The notes beneath the pieces are model-generated. The model saw only the letters and a list, made by a program, of their open reading frames with translations. It made no database searches and was not told the DNA's origin. Positions 27,469 to 36,413 of a stretch of DNA of 47,731 nt are shown piece after piece. The stretch lies in assembly GCA_964440415.1 (NCBI GenBank), contig CAYTSL010000001.1:1-47731 (forward strand). The letters run 5' to 3'. Made by a program: the position numbers and the translations under genes. The DNA is from an uncultured Flavobacteriaceae bacterium (GTDB lineage: Bacteria > Bacteroidota > Bacteroidia > Flavobacteriales > Flavobacteriaceae). Numbering within the stretch: the stretch's first letter is position 1; each line of letters opens with the position of its first letter.

Positions 27469-28578
27469 TTATTGGTATACTCTTACATAATCGACTTCCA
27501 TTGTAGATTCTGTAAATAAGGGATCAATGTTTCCTCCAAAACTTCCACCCATGGCTACATTGAAAATAAAGAACATATCTGCATCAAAAGGCCATGTGCT
27601 AGCATTTTTAACGGCAGGGTCATAGGTGTAATGAACTACGTCATCAACGGAAAATACCATTGCTTCATTTGACCAATCGACCGAATAAACATGAAAGGCT
27701 GTTGAAACATCTGCCAAATACTGGTCTCCGTGATTAACGGTGTTTCCGTTACTAGAAGGTGTATGCATAGCACTGGAAACAGTCCCTTGATTATTGCCTA
27801 CATGTTCCATAATATCGGCTTCACCACAAGCGGGCCATCCCACAGAGGTAAAATTAGATCCAAGCATCCAAAGAGCTGGCCAGGTTCCTCCACCCGTAGG
27901 TAATTTTGCGCTAATTTCAACTCTACCATATGTAAAGTCATATTTTCCAAGAGTAAGCATCCTTGCAGAAGTAAATTCTGAACCTTGATAATCTTCTCGT
28001 TTAGCAGTAATTTTTAATACTCCATCTTCAACAATTACATTGTCAGATCTACTAGTATAATATTGAGATTCACCATTTCCCCAGCCATTTCCACCTATAT
28101 CATAACCCCATTTAGTTGAATCTGGAGCTCCATTTGTGTTAAATTCATCAAACCAAACTAATTGTGGTCCATTTTCCGCAACATAAACAGTAATGGTCTG
28201 AAACGTACTTATAGAATGATTTGTACTTGAATAAGCAAATACCGTAACCAGATATTCATTAGATCCTTCAACGGTATAGGTGTGTTCAATATTTCCGCTA
28301 AAACTTTCTATTTCCTCACCAGAACCGAATTTGAAACCATATTTTACGGCGTCTGTAGCAGAAACTGTACATTGAATAACTCCTGTACCATCTCCGCTAG
28401 GATTATTACCATCTGTACCTACAACATCTACAGAAAGTGTCAAGTTAGATGGCATAATTACTAGTGGTCCTTCATCATCAGAATTGTCTCCATCATCACT
28501 TCCACCAGAACATGATATTACCATTCCCGATATTAAAAATGAGAAAATGAGGATTATTAAAATTGGAATCTTTTTCAT
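27469..28578 (-). CDS. GH16 laminarinase-type lipoprotein with N-terminal PKD-like domain
   Basis: 369 aa with a lipoprotein signal and an acidic tail (ISCSGGSDDGDNSDDE). It has a PKD-like segment (residues ~40-135), the catalytic motif E-A-D-I-M-E (CGEADIMEH), plus GESQYYT and WPALWMLG. Confidence 0.9.
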   Translation of the reverse strand: MKKIPILIILIFSFLISGMVISCSGGSDDGDNSDDEGPLVIMPSNLTLSVDVVGTDGNNPSGDGTGVIQCTVSATDAVKYGFKFGSGEEIESFSGNIEHTYTVEGSNEYLVTVFAYSSTNHSISTFQTITVYVAENGPQLVWFDEFNTNGAPDSTKWGYDIGGNGWGNGESQYYTSRSDNVIVEDGVLKITAKREDYQGSEFTSARMLTLGKYDFTYGRVEISAKLPTGGGTWPALWMLGSNFTSVGWPACGEADIMEHVGNNQGTVSSAMHTPSSNGNTVNHGDQYLADVSTAFHVYSVDWSNEAMVFSVDDVVHYTYDPAVKNASTWPFDADMFFIFNVAMGGSFGGNIDPLFTESTMEVDYVRVYQ

Positions 28579-28617
28579 AAACCAAATTTTAAAGGATGTC
28601 TAATTATTGTAAATGAA

Positions 28618-28646
28618 GGGGTTGATTAGATCAACCCCTTTTTTTT
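28618..28646. terminator. Strong 9-bp hairpin (GGGGTTGAT-TAG-ATCAACCCC) with a T8 run on the plus strand; possible intra-operon attenuator
   Basis: Read directly from the sequence, between the 301-aa gene stop (28672) and the GH16 start (28578). On the transcribed minus strand the tail is only UUCAUUU, so its terminator function there is uncertain. Confidence 0.45.
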
Positions 28647-28671
28647 GCTAAAAATCAATATAATTATTCGA

Positions 28672-29577
28672 TTATTCTGGTATTAATGTAAACCACCAAT
28701 TAAACTCACCATTTCCATCGGTTGATGTTATAATCATTTCATTAGCTGAACGACTATGTATTTTATACTTATGATCTCCACCTATATAGTATCCAACAAA
28801 AGCTGTACCGGTTAGGTTTATAGTTTCTGCGCCACCTGGTGCAGTTAAAGAATAATTAGCTGTATAAGAATCCAATAAATATTGCTCAATATCCTGTCCA
28901 TTGGCAACGCCACCAGAACCACCTAATTCATCAATTAAAACCTCACGACCAAATACAAACCCATCTGGACCTACATCGTGTGTGAATGTTCCATCCACGT
29001 TAAAGGTATATCTGTCATCATACATTCCTGTATCCGCTTTGTCTCCAGGACCAGCACCATACCATTCAGAATTAGTTCCGCCACCAACAGGGCCTAATCC
29101 AAAGTGTTTGGCAACATCAGACGCAATCTTCCATGTTCTTGTGCTGTTTGCATGTAGCATTTCCAGTAGATCTGCTGGCGGTTCGTAAAGCGCCAGAGCT
29201 TCAACTTCAATTGTTTTGCTTGTAGAGATTCCTCCAGCTCCATAAGCAATTACTGTAACGGCGTACGTATTGTTGCCAAGTACAGTAAAAGTATGTTCTA
29301 CAGTCCCATCAGTTTGAAGTTTTGTTCCATTCTGTATAATAAAATGGAATGCAGAAGCATTAGTTGCAGTAGCAGAAAGTTCTACTAAACCACTACCTAA
29401 ACCAGGAGCAGTTGTTTCATCTGGTATTCCATCGTCATTGGTGTCATCCAGATAGGTTATTGATATTTCGATGTTACTAGGAGCTGTAAGATCTCCAATT
29501 GTAAGGTCATCTTCCTGACAGCCACTCATAAGTGCCAGAGAAAGAAAAATGCCTAATATATATTTTATGTTTTTCAT
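28672..29577 (-). CDS. Surface lipoprotein with N-terminal PKD-like domain and C-terminal beta-rich (lipocalin-like?) domain; candidate glycan-binding protein
   Basis: 301 aa with a lipoprotein signal and an acidic tail (SGCQEDD). PKD-like segment: HTFTVLGNNTYAVTVIAYGAGGIS. The C-terminal domain contains YDDRYTFNVDGTFTH. Function is inferred from its position downstream of SusD. Confidence 0.55.
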   Translation of the reverse strand: MKNIKYILGIFLSLALMSGCQEDDLTIGDLTAPSNIEISITYLDDTNDDGIPDETTAPGLGSGLVELSATATNASAFHFIIQNGTKLQTDGTVEHTFTVLGNNTYAVTVIAYGAGGISTSKTIEVEALALYEPPADLLEMLHANSTRTWKIASDVAKHFGLGPVGGGTNSEWYGAGPGDKADTGMYDDRYTFNVDGTFTHDVGPDGFVFGREVLIDELGGSGGVANGQDIEQYLLDSYTANYSLTAPGGAETINLTGTAFVGYYIGGDHKYKIHSRSANEMIITSTDGNGEFNWWFTLIPE

Positions 29578-29615
29578 TTTATATAATTTTATATTTAATA
29601 TCTTTTTATATTAAT

Positions 29616-31637
29616 TTAATCAGTAAGAGTGTAATCATCAAAGTAATATACTGAATCATCTCCTGAAACACCAAAATCAAAGAATACTACAACTTTTACA
29701 TATTCAGCAGCTGGGGCTGTACTAAAGTCATACACTAATTCTTCCCAAGCATCGGAAACTGTTGTATTCATATCAACTTCATGAGTGATAGTGGCGTCTG
29801 CATTCTCTATTTTAACTTTAACTACTGCTCCCGTTTTTGGAGACCATGTTTTCACACTTATTTTACTAAAAGCATCTAAGTCTAAAGGTGTACCTAGTTC
29901 CCGAGTAACTCCTGCCCAGACTTCTGCTCCTGAAACTTTATTAAATTGAGCAACATTCTGAGTAACATTTCCTAAACCTGAAGGTAAATCATCTAAAATA
30001 ACAACTTCTGCAGCTGCATTTCCAAAAGGTAATAATGCTGGCGCAGCTTCAAAATCTTCAAACAATGATGGTGGAGTTCCATTATTACTTAACTGAATAT
30101 CATCATAATAATAAACTGAATCATCTCCTGAAACACCAAAATCAAAGAATACTACAACTTTTACATATTCAGCAGCTGGGGCTGTACTAAAGTCATACAC
30201 TAATTCTTCCCAAGCATCGGAAACTGTTGTATTCATATCAACTTCATGAGTGATAGTGGCGTCTGCATTCTCTATTTTAACCTTAACTACTGCTCCCGTT
30301 TTTGGCGACCATGTTTTTACACTTATATTACTATAGGTATCTAAGTCTAAAGGTGTAGCAATTTCTCGAGTAACTCCTGCCCAAACTTCTGCTCCTGTAG
30401 GTTTGGATAATTGAGCAACTTTAGCAGTAACATTTCCTAAACCTGAAGGTAAGTCATCTAAAGTAATAACTTCTGCGGCTGCGTTTCCAAAAGGTAATAA
30501 TGCTGGTGCAGCTTCAAAATCTTCAACCATCAATTTAGCAAATGATCCTGTTGAAGGAAAAGCTTGTTTTATATTATCTATATAGAATGTCCAATCGCTA
30601 CTACCATCTCCTACTGTTCCAAAATCAAAAAACAATACTATTTTTTGATATGTGTTGGCGGTATCAATGGCACTTAGATCAAAGGACACTTCCTCCCAAG
30701 AACTGTTTCCAACAGTTGTAACTTCTGTTTCAAAGAAAATACCTCCATCATCAAGGTTCTCAACCTTTAACAATATTTTTCCTCCTGGTCTAGGTGACCA
30801 TACGTTCATTTTAATTATTTTCTTTTCTGAAAAATCGATAGGTGCCGATAAAGTAATTACATTACCTGCCCAAACCTCCGGAGCATCTTTAACAATTTGC
30901 CCTACTGTAGCTGAATCATTTCCATTTGGATCTGGATTGTCTATAACAGCGTTAGATGCGCCTCCAAACCCTTGGAAAACACTTGAATCAAAAATTTCAA
31001 AATCAATTGGTAATTCTACTGGTGAAGATATTGTTACTACTTCGGTTAATTCAGCTGTTTCAGCACCTCCACTTAAGGCAACCACTTTAATAGTGTAGTC
31101 TCCTACACTAGGATATTCAAAAGGTACAGTACCATCTAAAGCTAATGGTGTAGCTTCTTCATCTACGTTAGATGTATCAAAGTACACTAAAAACGAAGCA
31201 GCAAAATCTGCCGTTGCGGACACATTGATTGCAAATGGATTAGAAGCATCTATTTCCGCTGTTATTTGTAAATTCTCTGGTGCTCTAAACGACACAACTA
31301 AATCTTGAGAGATACTTGTAGTTAAACCAGTAACACCAATAGCTTCAACTTCAATTGAATAAGTGCCTTCAGCATAGGTATGCTCAATATGTTCGCCTTG
31401 ATCAATACTAACAGCTTCTGCTGTATCATCATCACCAAGCTTTATATTATAGGAAACTCCGCCATCAGAATTAGGTGTAATAGTTACTAATCCTGTATTA
31501 TCTTGTGTCAATAGAAACTGTGCAGACACATTTTCAGGAGCCACCACATTATCAACAAAGCTTAGATCATTATCGTCGTCTGAACAACTTATAAAGAAGA
31601 CCAAAGCTAAACTTAATACATATTTTATTGTTTTCAT
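29616..31637 (-). CDS. Multimodular surface lipoprotein: two PKD-like domains + three ~150-aa glucan-binding-like modules
   Basis: 673 aa with a lipoprotein signal and an acidic tail (ISCSDDDNDL). The PKD-like repeats contain HTYAEGTYSIEVEAIGVTG and YPSVGDYTIKVVALSGG. The three modules belong to the same family as those in 10003..12696 (VIDNPDPNGNDS..VGQI...VWAG...L..P(I/L)D...........WSP......K(V/I)EN). It sits immediately downstream of SusD. Confidence 0.75.
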   Translation of the reverse strand: MKTIKYVLSLALVFFISCSDDDNDLSFVDNVVAPENVSAQFLLTQDNTGLVTITPNSDGGVSYNIKLGDDDTAEAVSIDQGEHIEHTYAEGTYSIEVEAIGVTGLTTSISQDLVVSFRAPENLQITAEIDASNPFAINVSATADFAASFLVYFDTSNVDEEATPLALDGTVPFEYPSVGDYTIKVVALSGGAETAELTEVVTISSPVELPIDFEIFDSSVFQGFGGASNAVIDNPDPNGNDSATVGQIVKDAPEVWAGNVITLSAPIDFSEKKIIKMNVWSPRPGGKILLKVENLDDGGIFFETEVTTVGNSSWEEVSFDLSAIDTANTYQKIVLFFDFGTVGDGSSDWTFYIDNIKQAFPSTGSFAKLMVEDFEAAPALLPFGNAAAEVITLDDLPSGLGNVTAKVAQLSKPTGAEVWAGVTREIATPLDLDTYSNISVKTWSPKTGAVVKVKIENADATITHEVDMNTTVSDAWEELVYDFSTAPAAEYVKVVVFFDFGVSGDDSVYYYDDIQLSNNGTPPSLFEDFEAAPALLPFGNAAAEVVILDDLPSGLGNVTQNVAQFNKVSGAEVWAGVTRELGTPLDLDAFSKISVKTWSPKTGAVVKVKIENADATITHEVDMNTTVSDAWEELVYDFSTAPAAEYVKVVVFFDFGVSGDDSVYYFDDYTLTD
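29635..30528 (-). repeat. Intragenic tandem duplication, period 465 bp (copy A 29635-30063, copy B 30100-30528)
   Basis: By direct comparison, 29651-29816 is identical to 30116-30281 (166 nt). Identity is near-perfect to about 29870/30335, and the remainder is more diverged. Each copy encodes one binding module. Confidence 0.9.
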
Positions 31638-31654
31638 ATCTAATTTTTTTATTA

Positions 31655-33142
31655 TTAATATCCAGGGTTATTTTCCCATTGGTCACCTGACAGCAATATT
31701 TCTTCAAAAGGTATTGGAAAAAGTTCATGCCCTTTAGCTTTTGAAAAGCCAGGTATTGTACCTTCAGCTCTATCGGTTCTTACCAAATCGAAGAAACGAT
31801 GGCCTTCACCAACTAACTCAACTCGACGTTCTTTATAAATATCGTTAGTTAAATTTGTCCCTGATGTTGCTACATCTGCTAACAAAGCTCTGTTGCGCAC
31901 TTGGTTTAAATAGTCTTGTGCTCTTGCATCACTAATACTACCTCTGTTTAAGGCTTCAGCAGCCATTAATAACACATCTGCAAACCTAATTGCGCGATAA
32001 TTATCAGGATTTGTAAGAGCAGCATCAGGGTTATTTAAATCGCCTTTTCGTGCTATATATTTTCTATTAAAATAACCTGTTTGCTCGTATCCAGCACCTT
32101 CTTGATAACTTGACCCTGGATTATCGGCTATATATTGTTCAATATCTAATATTGAAGTTTCTAAACGAAGATCTCCAGGCTCAAACGCAGCCACTGTTTC
32201 TGCAGTAGGTACATTAAAACTATAGCCGGCATCAAATTTACCAGTGGAATCGAAGAAACCTCTTGGGCCGTTAAAATATACAGAATAGTTACCTTCAAGG
32301 CATTGGAAACAATCGAAGCTACCTCCGTCAACATCAGAATACTGTACTTCGAAAACTGATTCTATATTATTTTCGTTGTCACGTTCAAACATGTCAGGAT
32401 ACTCTGCACTTGTCAATAATCTATGTGGACCACTGTTAATTAGATCCTCCAAGACAGCTGCTGATTCCGCAAATTTGTCTTGATACAAATATGCTTTTCC
32501 TAATAAGGCTTGTGCAGCACCTTTAGTAGCTCTACCAGTTTGACTCTGTACATAAGGTAAATTCGCGGCTGCAAAAATTAAATCGGCTTCAATTAATGCA
32601 TAAACTTCTGCTGCAGGCGTTCTACCAATACCAAATTGATCTCCAAATTGTATGCGTTTATCAACTAACATAGGTACATCTCCCCACCATTTTACTAATA
32701 TAAAATTATAGTAAGCTCTTAAAAACCTGGTTTGAGCCAAAACACTGGTTTTATTTGCAAAATCTGTTTTGTCTTGAAACTCCATAATATAATTACAACG
32801 GTTTACGGCTTCGTACATCCATCGCCACATAGTTCTTAATCCGCCATTACTTTGACCTACGGCTGAATGAATCATATCATCTATTTCTTGAATATATGGT
32901 GAATCTGTTGCACTTTCTCCTCCACATAAGGTGTTATCTGAAGCTATTTCTGCAAATTGGTAAAATTTCGCTGTTGTTTGTAAATAATCATAAGCCGCTA
33001 CTAGTGCGTCCTGATAATCTTGTTCTGAGTTAAAAAAGGTTTCAGAACTTGCGTCTTGTGGATCCACCTCTACAAAATCATCACTACAAGAAAGCATGAT
33101 AAGAACTGTAAAGAGGGTATAAATAATTTTTAAATTTTTCAT
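31655..33142 (-). CDS. SusD/RagB-family outer-membrane glycan-binding lipoprotein
   Basis: 495 aa with a lipoprotein signal (MLSCSDDF). SusD-type TPR-like motifs: FLRAYYNFILVKWWGDVP, LLMAAEA, RVELVGEGHRFFDLVR. It starts 9 nt after SusC. Confidence 0.9.
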   Translation of the reverse strand: MKNLKIIYTLFTVLIMLSCSDDFVEVDPQDASSETFFNSEQDYQDALVAAYDYLQTTAKFYQFAEIASDNTLCGGESATDSPYIQEIDDMIHSAVGQSNGGLRTMWRWMYEAVNRCNYIMEFQDKTDFANKTSVLAQTRFLRAYYNFILVKWWGDVPMLVDKRIQFGDQFGIGRTPAAEVYALIEADLIFAAANLPYVQSQTGRATKGAAQALLGKAYLYQDKFAESAAVLEDLINSGPHRLLTSAEYPDMFERDNENNIESVFEVQYSDVDGGSFDCFQCLEGNYSVYFNGPRGFFDSTGKFDAGYSFNVPTAETVAAFEPGDLRLETSILDIEQYIADNPGSSYQEGAGYEQTGYFNRKYIARKGDLNNPDAALTNPDNYRAIRFADVLLMAAEALNRGSISDARAQDYLNQVRNRALLADVATSGTNLTNDIYKERRVELVGEGHRFFDLVRTDRAEGTIPGFSKAKGHELFPIPFEEILLSGDQWENNPGY

Positions 33143-33151
33143 AATTCTTAA

Positions 33152-36100
33152 TTAAAATTTTACGTTAACTCCTAATAAAACTGTGGCAGCAGTTGGGTAA
33201 AACCCTTGATCTATTCCGCCTCCAATTGGGTCACCTGTTCCTGCTGTTGGGTCGTAACCACTATACTCAGTTAAAGTCACCAAATTACTTCCGGATATAT
33301 AAATACGGAACTTATCGATTTTAGATTCCTCCGTATCATTAGAAAACGTATACCCTAATTGAACATTCTGTAAGCGTACAAAAGAACCATCTTCTACATA
33401 AAAATCAGAAAAATCTGTATTAGAAGTCGCTCCAGTTGTTACCCTTGGTGAGCTATTACTTGTTCCAGGTCCAGTCCAACGATCTAAATAAGAATTAGGT
33501 TTATTTACTAATGCCTGATTACGTTCGTAATTACGTACAATATCATTTCCTAAAGATGCAAATGCATAGGCTGAAAAATCCCACTTTTTATAATCCATAG
33601 ATAAGTTAAGACCCATTGTAGCATCCGGTAAAGGATTTCCAAGATCTACTCTATCATCTAAATCTATAACACCATCACCATTTTGATCTACAAACTTAAA
33701 ATCTCCCGGCTGTGCTATAATATTAGTATATACTGGTGTAGCATCAATTTCGCTTTGATTTTGCCAAATACCATCTGTTTGATATCCTACAAAGTAACCT
33801 AAAGGAAACCCAGCTTCCATTCTGGATATATCGGGTTGAGATATTCCAAAACCTCCTCCTGTAAGAAATTCACCTTCTCCACCACTTACCTCAACAACCT
33901 CATTATTTATTGCCGTAACATTATACTTGATACTAAATTCAAAATCTTCACTAAAATTACCTGAATAACCAATTGCAAATTCAAGCCCTTCATTTTCAAC
34001 TATTCCAGCATTAACAAATGGAGCTGCTCCTGTACCTATTAATCCTGAGACTTGAGATTGCACCAACAAATCTTCTGTTCGTCTTTTAAAATAATCGGTT
34101 GTAATATCAATTTTGCGATCAAGAATTTTTATATCCAATCCTATATCCAATGTTTTTTGTTTTTCCCATTTAATTTCTGGATTAGCAATATCACCACTAG
34201 CTGATCCAACATACTGTTGGTCATTAAAAAAATAAATGCCCTCCCCATCTAATTGGCTGCTGTATCTAAAATCTCCAATTCTATCATTACCTAAGATACC
34301 ATAAGAGGCTCTCACTTTTAATAGATCAAAGAAGTTATTTTCACTCATGAATTCTTCATCTGAAGCAATCCAACCAATGGATCCTGAAGGAAAATATCCA
34401 AACTTGTTATCTGGTCCAAACTTTGTTGAACCATCTCTACGTACTACTACAGACAATAAATATTTACCTTTATAATCATATTGCACTCTAGTAAAATAAG
34501 ATAATAATCTGGAGTCAAACTTGTCGTTTCTTCCTTCATCTCTAAATCTGTCTTCCACATCAAAGGCTTGATCGATATTTGCATTTGCCACATTATTATC
34601 AATAATATCATATCCCTTTTTACCTGTATATTCTCCTGTAGTTTTAAAAACCGAGGTTCCTAAAAGTACATTAAGTTTATGCGTATCATTAAATGTATTA
34701 TCATATTTAATAAAAGCATCAAACGTGTAGTCTCTGAAGTAGTCCAAATTTTCTACAACTACACTTCTCTGTGTATTAAAAACCTTTCCGATCCCGTAAT
34801 AATCAATAGGATCAAATATTTTTTCAGTCACTTCGGCATAATTAAATTGAATATTTGCTTCTGCTGTAAAATGATCTAAGAAGTTATACGATACTCCGGC
34901 AAATCCATTAAGCTTCATTACTTTACCTCTATTGTAAGTATTAGCAACTTGAGCTATAGGATTAATAACCTCACCGCCTAAACCATCTGCTAAAGAATAT
35001 GCACCTAATTCATCTCTTACGGGAATATTTGGAGCCATGTTTAAGGCATTAAAAAGTACAGAACCTAAAGTGTTTTCTGGAAGATTTCTTTTATTTGTTC
35101 TTGTTAAAGTAAGCCCAGACTTAAATTTAAAATTCTCTAAAAAATCTAAATTATAACTCGCGCTATTCGTGAAACGAGTAAAATTAGAATTACTATTACC
35201 AACAATACCATTTTGTGTTAAAAAAGAACCACTATATGAATAGGACGACTTTTCTTTTCCGCCTTTAATGGTAATAGCGTGGTTTTGTATTGGTGCTGTT
35301 TGAAACACTTCATCTTGCCAATCTGTACCAACTCCCAACTCTGATAAATTAGTAAATGGTGGTGTACTGCCTCCATTAGCATGGGCTTCATTAACTATTG
35401 CAGCATACTCTGTAGCATTTAATACGGGCATTTTTCGAGTTGTTGTCTGAATTCCTATATAGGCACTATATTCAACAGTTAAAGGCATCTCTTTACGTCC
35501 CGTTTTAGTCGTAATTAAAATAACCCCATTTGCAGCTCTAACACCATAAATACCAGCGGTTGCATCTTTTAGTACATTCATGCTTTCAATGTCATTAGGA
35601 TTAATAACACTTAGATCTTCCACAACATTTCCGTCCACCAATATTAAAGGTCTGCTGTCACCGTTTGTTGATACACCCCTAATACTAATTGTTGAGTCAC
35701 CACCAGGAGACCCTGAATTAGTTGTGATGTTTACACCTGCTACTTGCCCTTGTAAAGCTTGCTCGATACGAGTTGGTTTAAGCTTTTCAATTGATTCTGC
35801 AGACACAACGCTTACGGCACCTGTAATTTCCTTTTTCTTTTGTGTACCATAACCAATAACAACCACTTCATCAAGTGACTCAGCGTCTTCCTGTAAGACA
35901 ACGTTAATGGTTGTAGTGTCGCTGGTTATTAATATTTCTTCAGTTTGAAATCCAATGTATGAAAATACCAGTATTGAATTTACAGGAACTTCGTTTAACG
36001 CATACAGACCGTCAAAGTCTGTTGAAGCCCCTTTGGTTGTGTTTTTCACAATTACATTTACACCTGGCAATGGAATATTACCAGCATCTGTAACTGTACC

Positions 36101-36175
36101 ACTAACATCTACAGTCTGACTGAATGCTAAAGTGGTCATAAAAAACAATGTGAGGATTAAAATTTTTGCTTTCAT
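33152..36175 (-). CDS. SusC/RagA-family TonB-dependent outer-membrane transporter
   Basis: 1007 aa with a signal peptide. It has an N-terminal carboxypeptidase-regulatory-like domain (VSGTVTDAGNIPLPGVNVIVKNTTKGASTDFDGLY), a plug region (EVVVIGYGTQKKKEITGAVS) and a C-terminal barrel ending ...LGVNVKF. Confidence 0.95.
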   Translation of the reverse strand: MKAKILILTLFFMTTLAFSQTVDVSGTVTDAGNIPLPGVNVIVKNTTKGASTDFDGLYALNEVPVNSILVFSYIGFQTEEILITSDTTTINVVLQEDAESLDEVVVIGYGTQKKKEITGAVSVVSAESIEKLKPTRIEQALQGQVAGVNITTNSGSPGGDSTISIRGVSTNGDSRPLILVDGNVVEDLSVINPNDIESMNVLKDATAGIYGVRAANGVILITTKTGRKEMPLTVEYSAYIGIQTTTRKMPVLNATEYAAIVNEAHANGGSTPPFTNLSELGVGTDWQDEVFQTAPIQNHAITIKGGKEKSSYSYSGSFLTQNGIVGNSNSNFTRFTNSASYNLDFLENFKFKSGLTLTRTNKRNLPENTLGSVLFNALNMAPNIPVRDELGAYSLADGLGGEVINPIAQVANTYNRGKVMKLNGFAGVSYNFLDHFTAEANIQFNYAEVTEKIFDPIDYYGIGKVFNTQRSVVVENLDYFRDYTFDAFIKYDNTFNDTHKLNVLLGTSVFKTTGEYTGKKGYDIIDNNVANANIDQAFDVEDRFRDEGRNDKFDSRLLSYFTRVQYDYKGKYLLSVVVRRDGSTKFGPDNKFGYFPSGSIGWIASDEEFMSENNFFDLLKVRASYGILGNDRIGDFRYSSQLDGEGIYFFNDQQYVGSASGDIANPEIKWEKQKTLDIGLDIKILDRKIDITTDYFKRRTEDLLVQSQVSGLIGTGAAPFVNAGIVENEGLEFAIGYSGNFSEDFEFSIKYNVTAINNEVVEVSGGEGEFLTGGGFGISQPDISRMEAGFPLGYFVGYQTDGIWQNQSEIDATPVYTNIIAQPGDFKFVDQNGDGVIDLDDRVDLGNPLPDATMGLNLSMDYKKWDFSAYAFASLGNDIVRNYERNQALVNKPNSYLDRWTGPGTSNSSPRVTTGATSNTDFSDFYVEDGSFVRLQNVQLGYTFSNDTEESKIDKFRIYISGSNLVTLTEYSGYDPTAGTGDPIGGGIDQGFYPTAATVLLGVNVKF

Positions 36176-36237
36176 ATTGAGTTAATCTTTTATTTAGATA
36201 AACTTAATACTTCATGTTAAGAAAATCATAAAAAACA

Positions 36238-36256
36238 GTACAACAAAAAACATACA
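36238..36256 (-). promoter_or_regulatory. Degenerate copy of the leader element (GTACAACAAAAAACATACA) upstream of susC
   Basis: It lies 63-81 nt upstream of the susC ATG (36175) and matches the 19-mer at 13 of 19 positions when right-aligned. Confidence 0.3.
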
Positions 36257-36383
36257 CTAAAAAAATAGATATATTTTCTTGATAAAACACTTTGAATGAC
36301 AACCTGTTAGCAGCGCTTTAAGACTAATAAATATAGAGAAATAGAGGGAAGAATACTGTTAAAAAATACAGATGTTGTGGTAA

Positions 36384-36391
36384 TGTATAGG
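36384..36391 (+). promoter_or_regulatory. Inverted CCTATACA half-site (TGTATAGG followed by T7) between the regulator stop and susC
   Basis: It is an exact reverse complement of the first 8 nt of the 19-mer. A short motif in AT-rich DNA could occur by chance. Confidence 0.25.
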
Positions 36392-36413
36392 TTTTTTTAA
36401 GAATGTTGTAGTT

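Noticed and set aside
28901-31098. Plus-strand ORFs 28901..29188 (95 aa) and 30652..31098 (148 aa)
   Set aside because: They are antisense to the 301-aa and 673-aa lipoprotein genes. Their composition is low in complexity and they have no ribosome-binding or promoter context.
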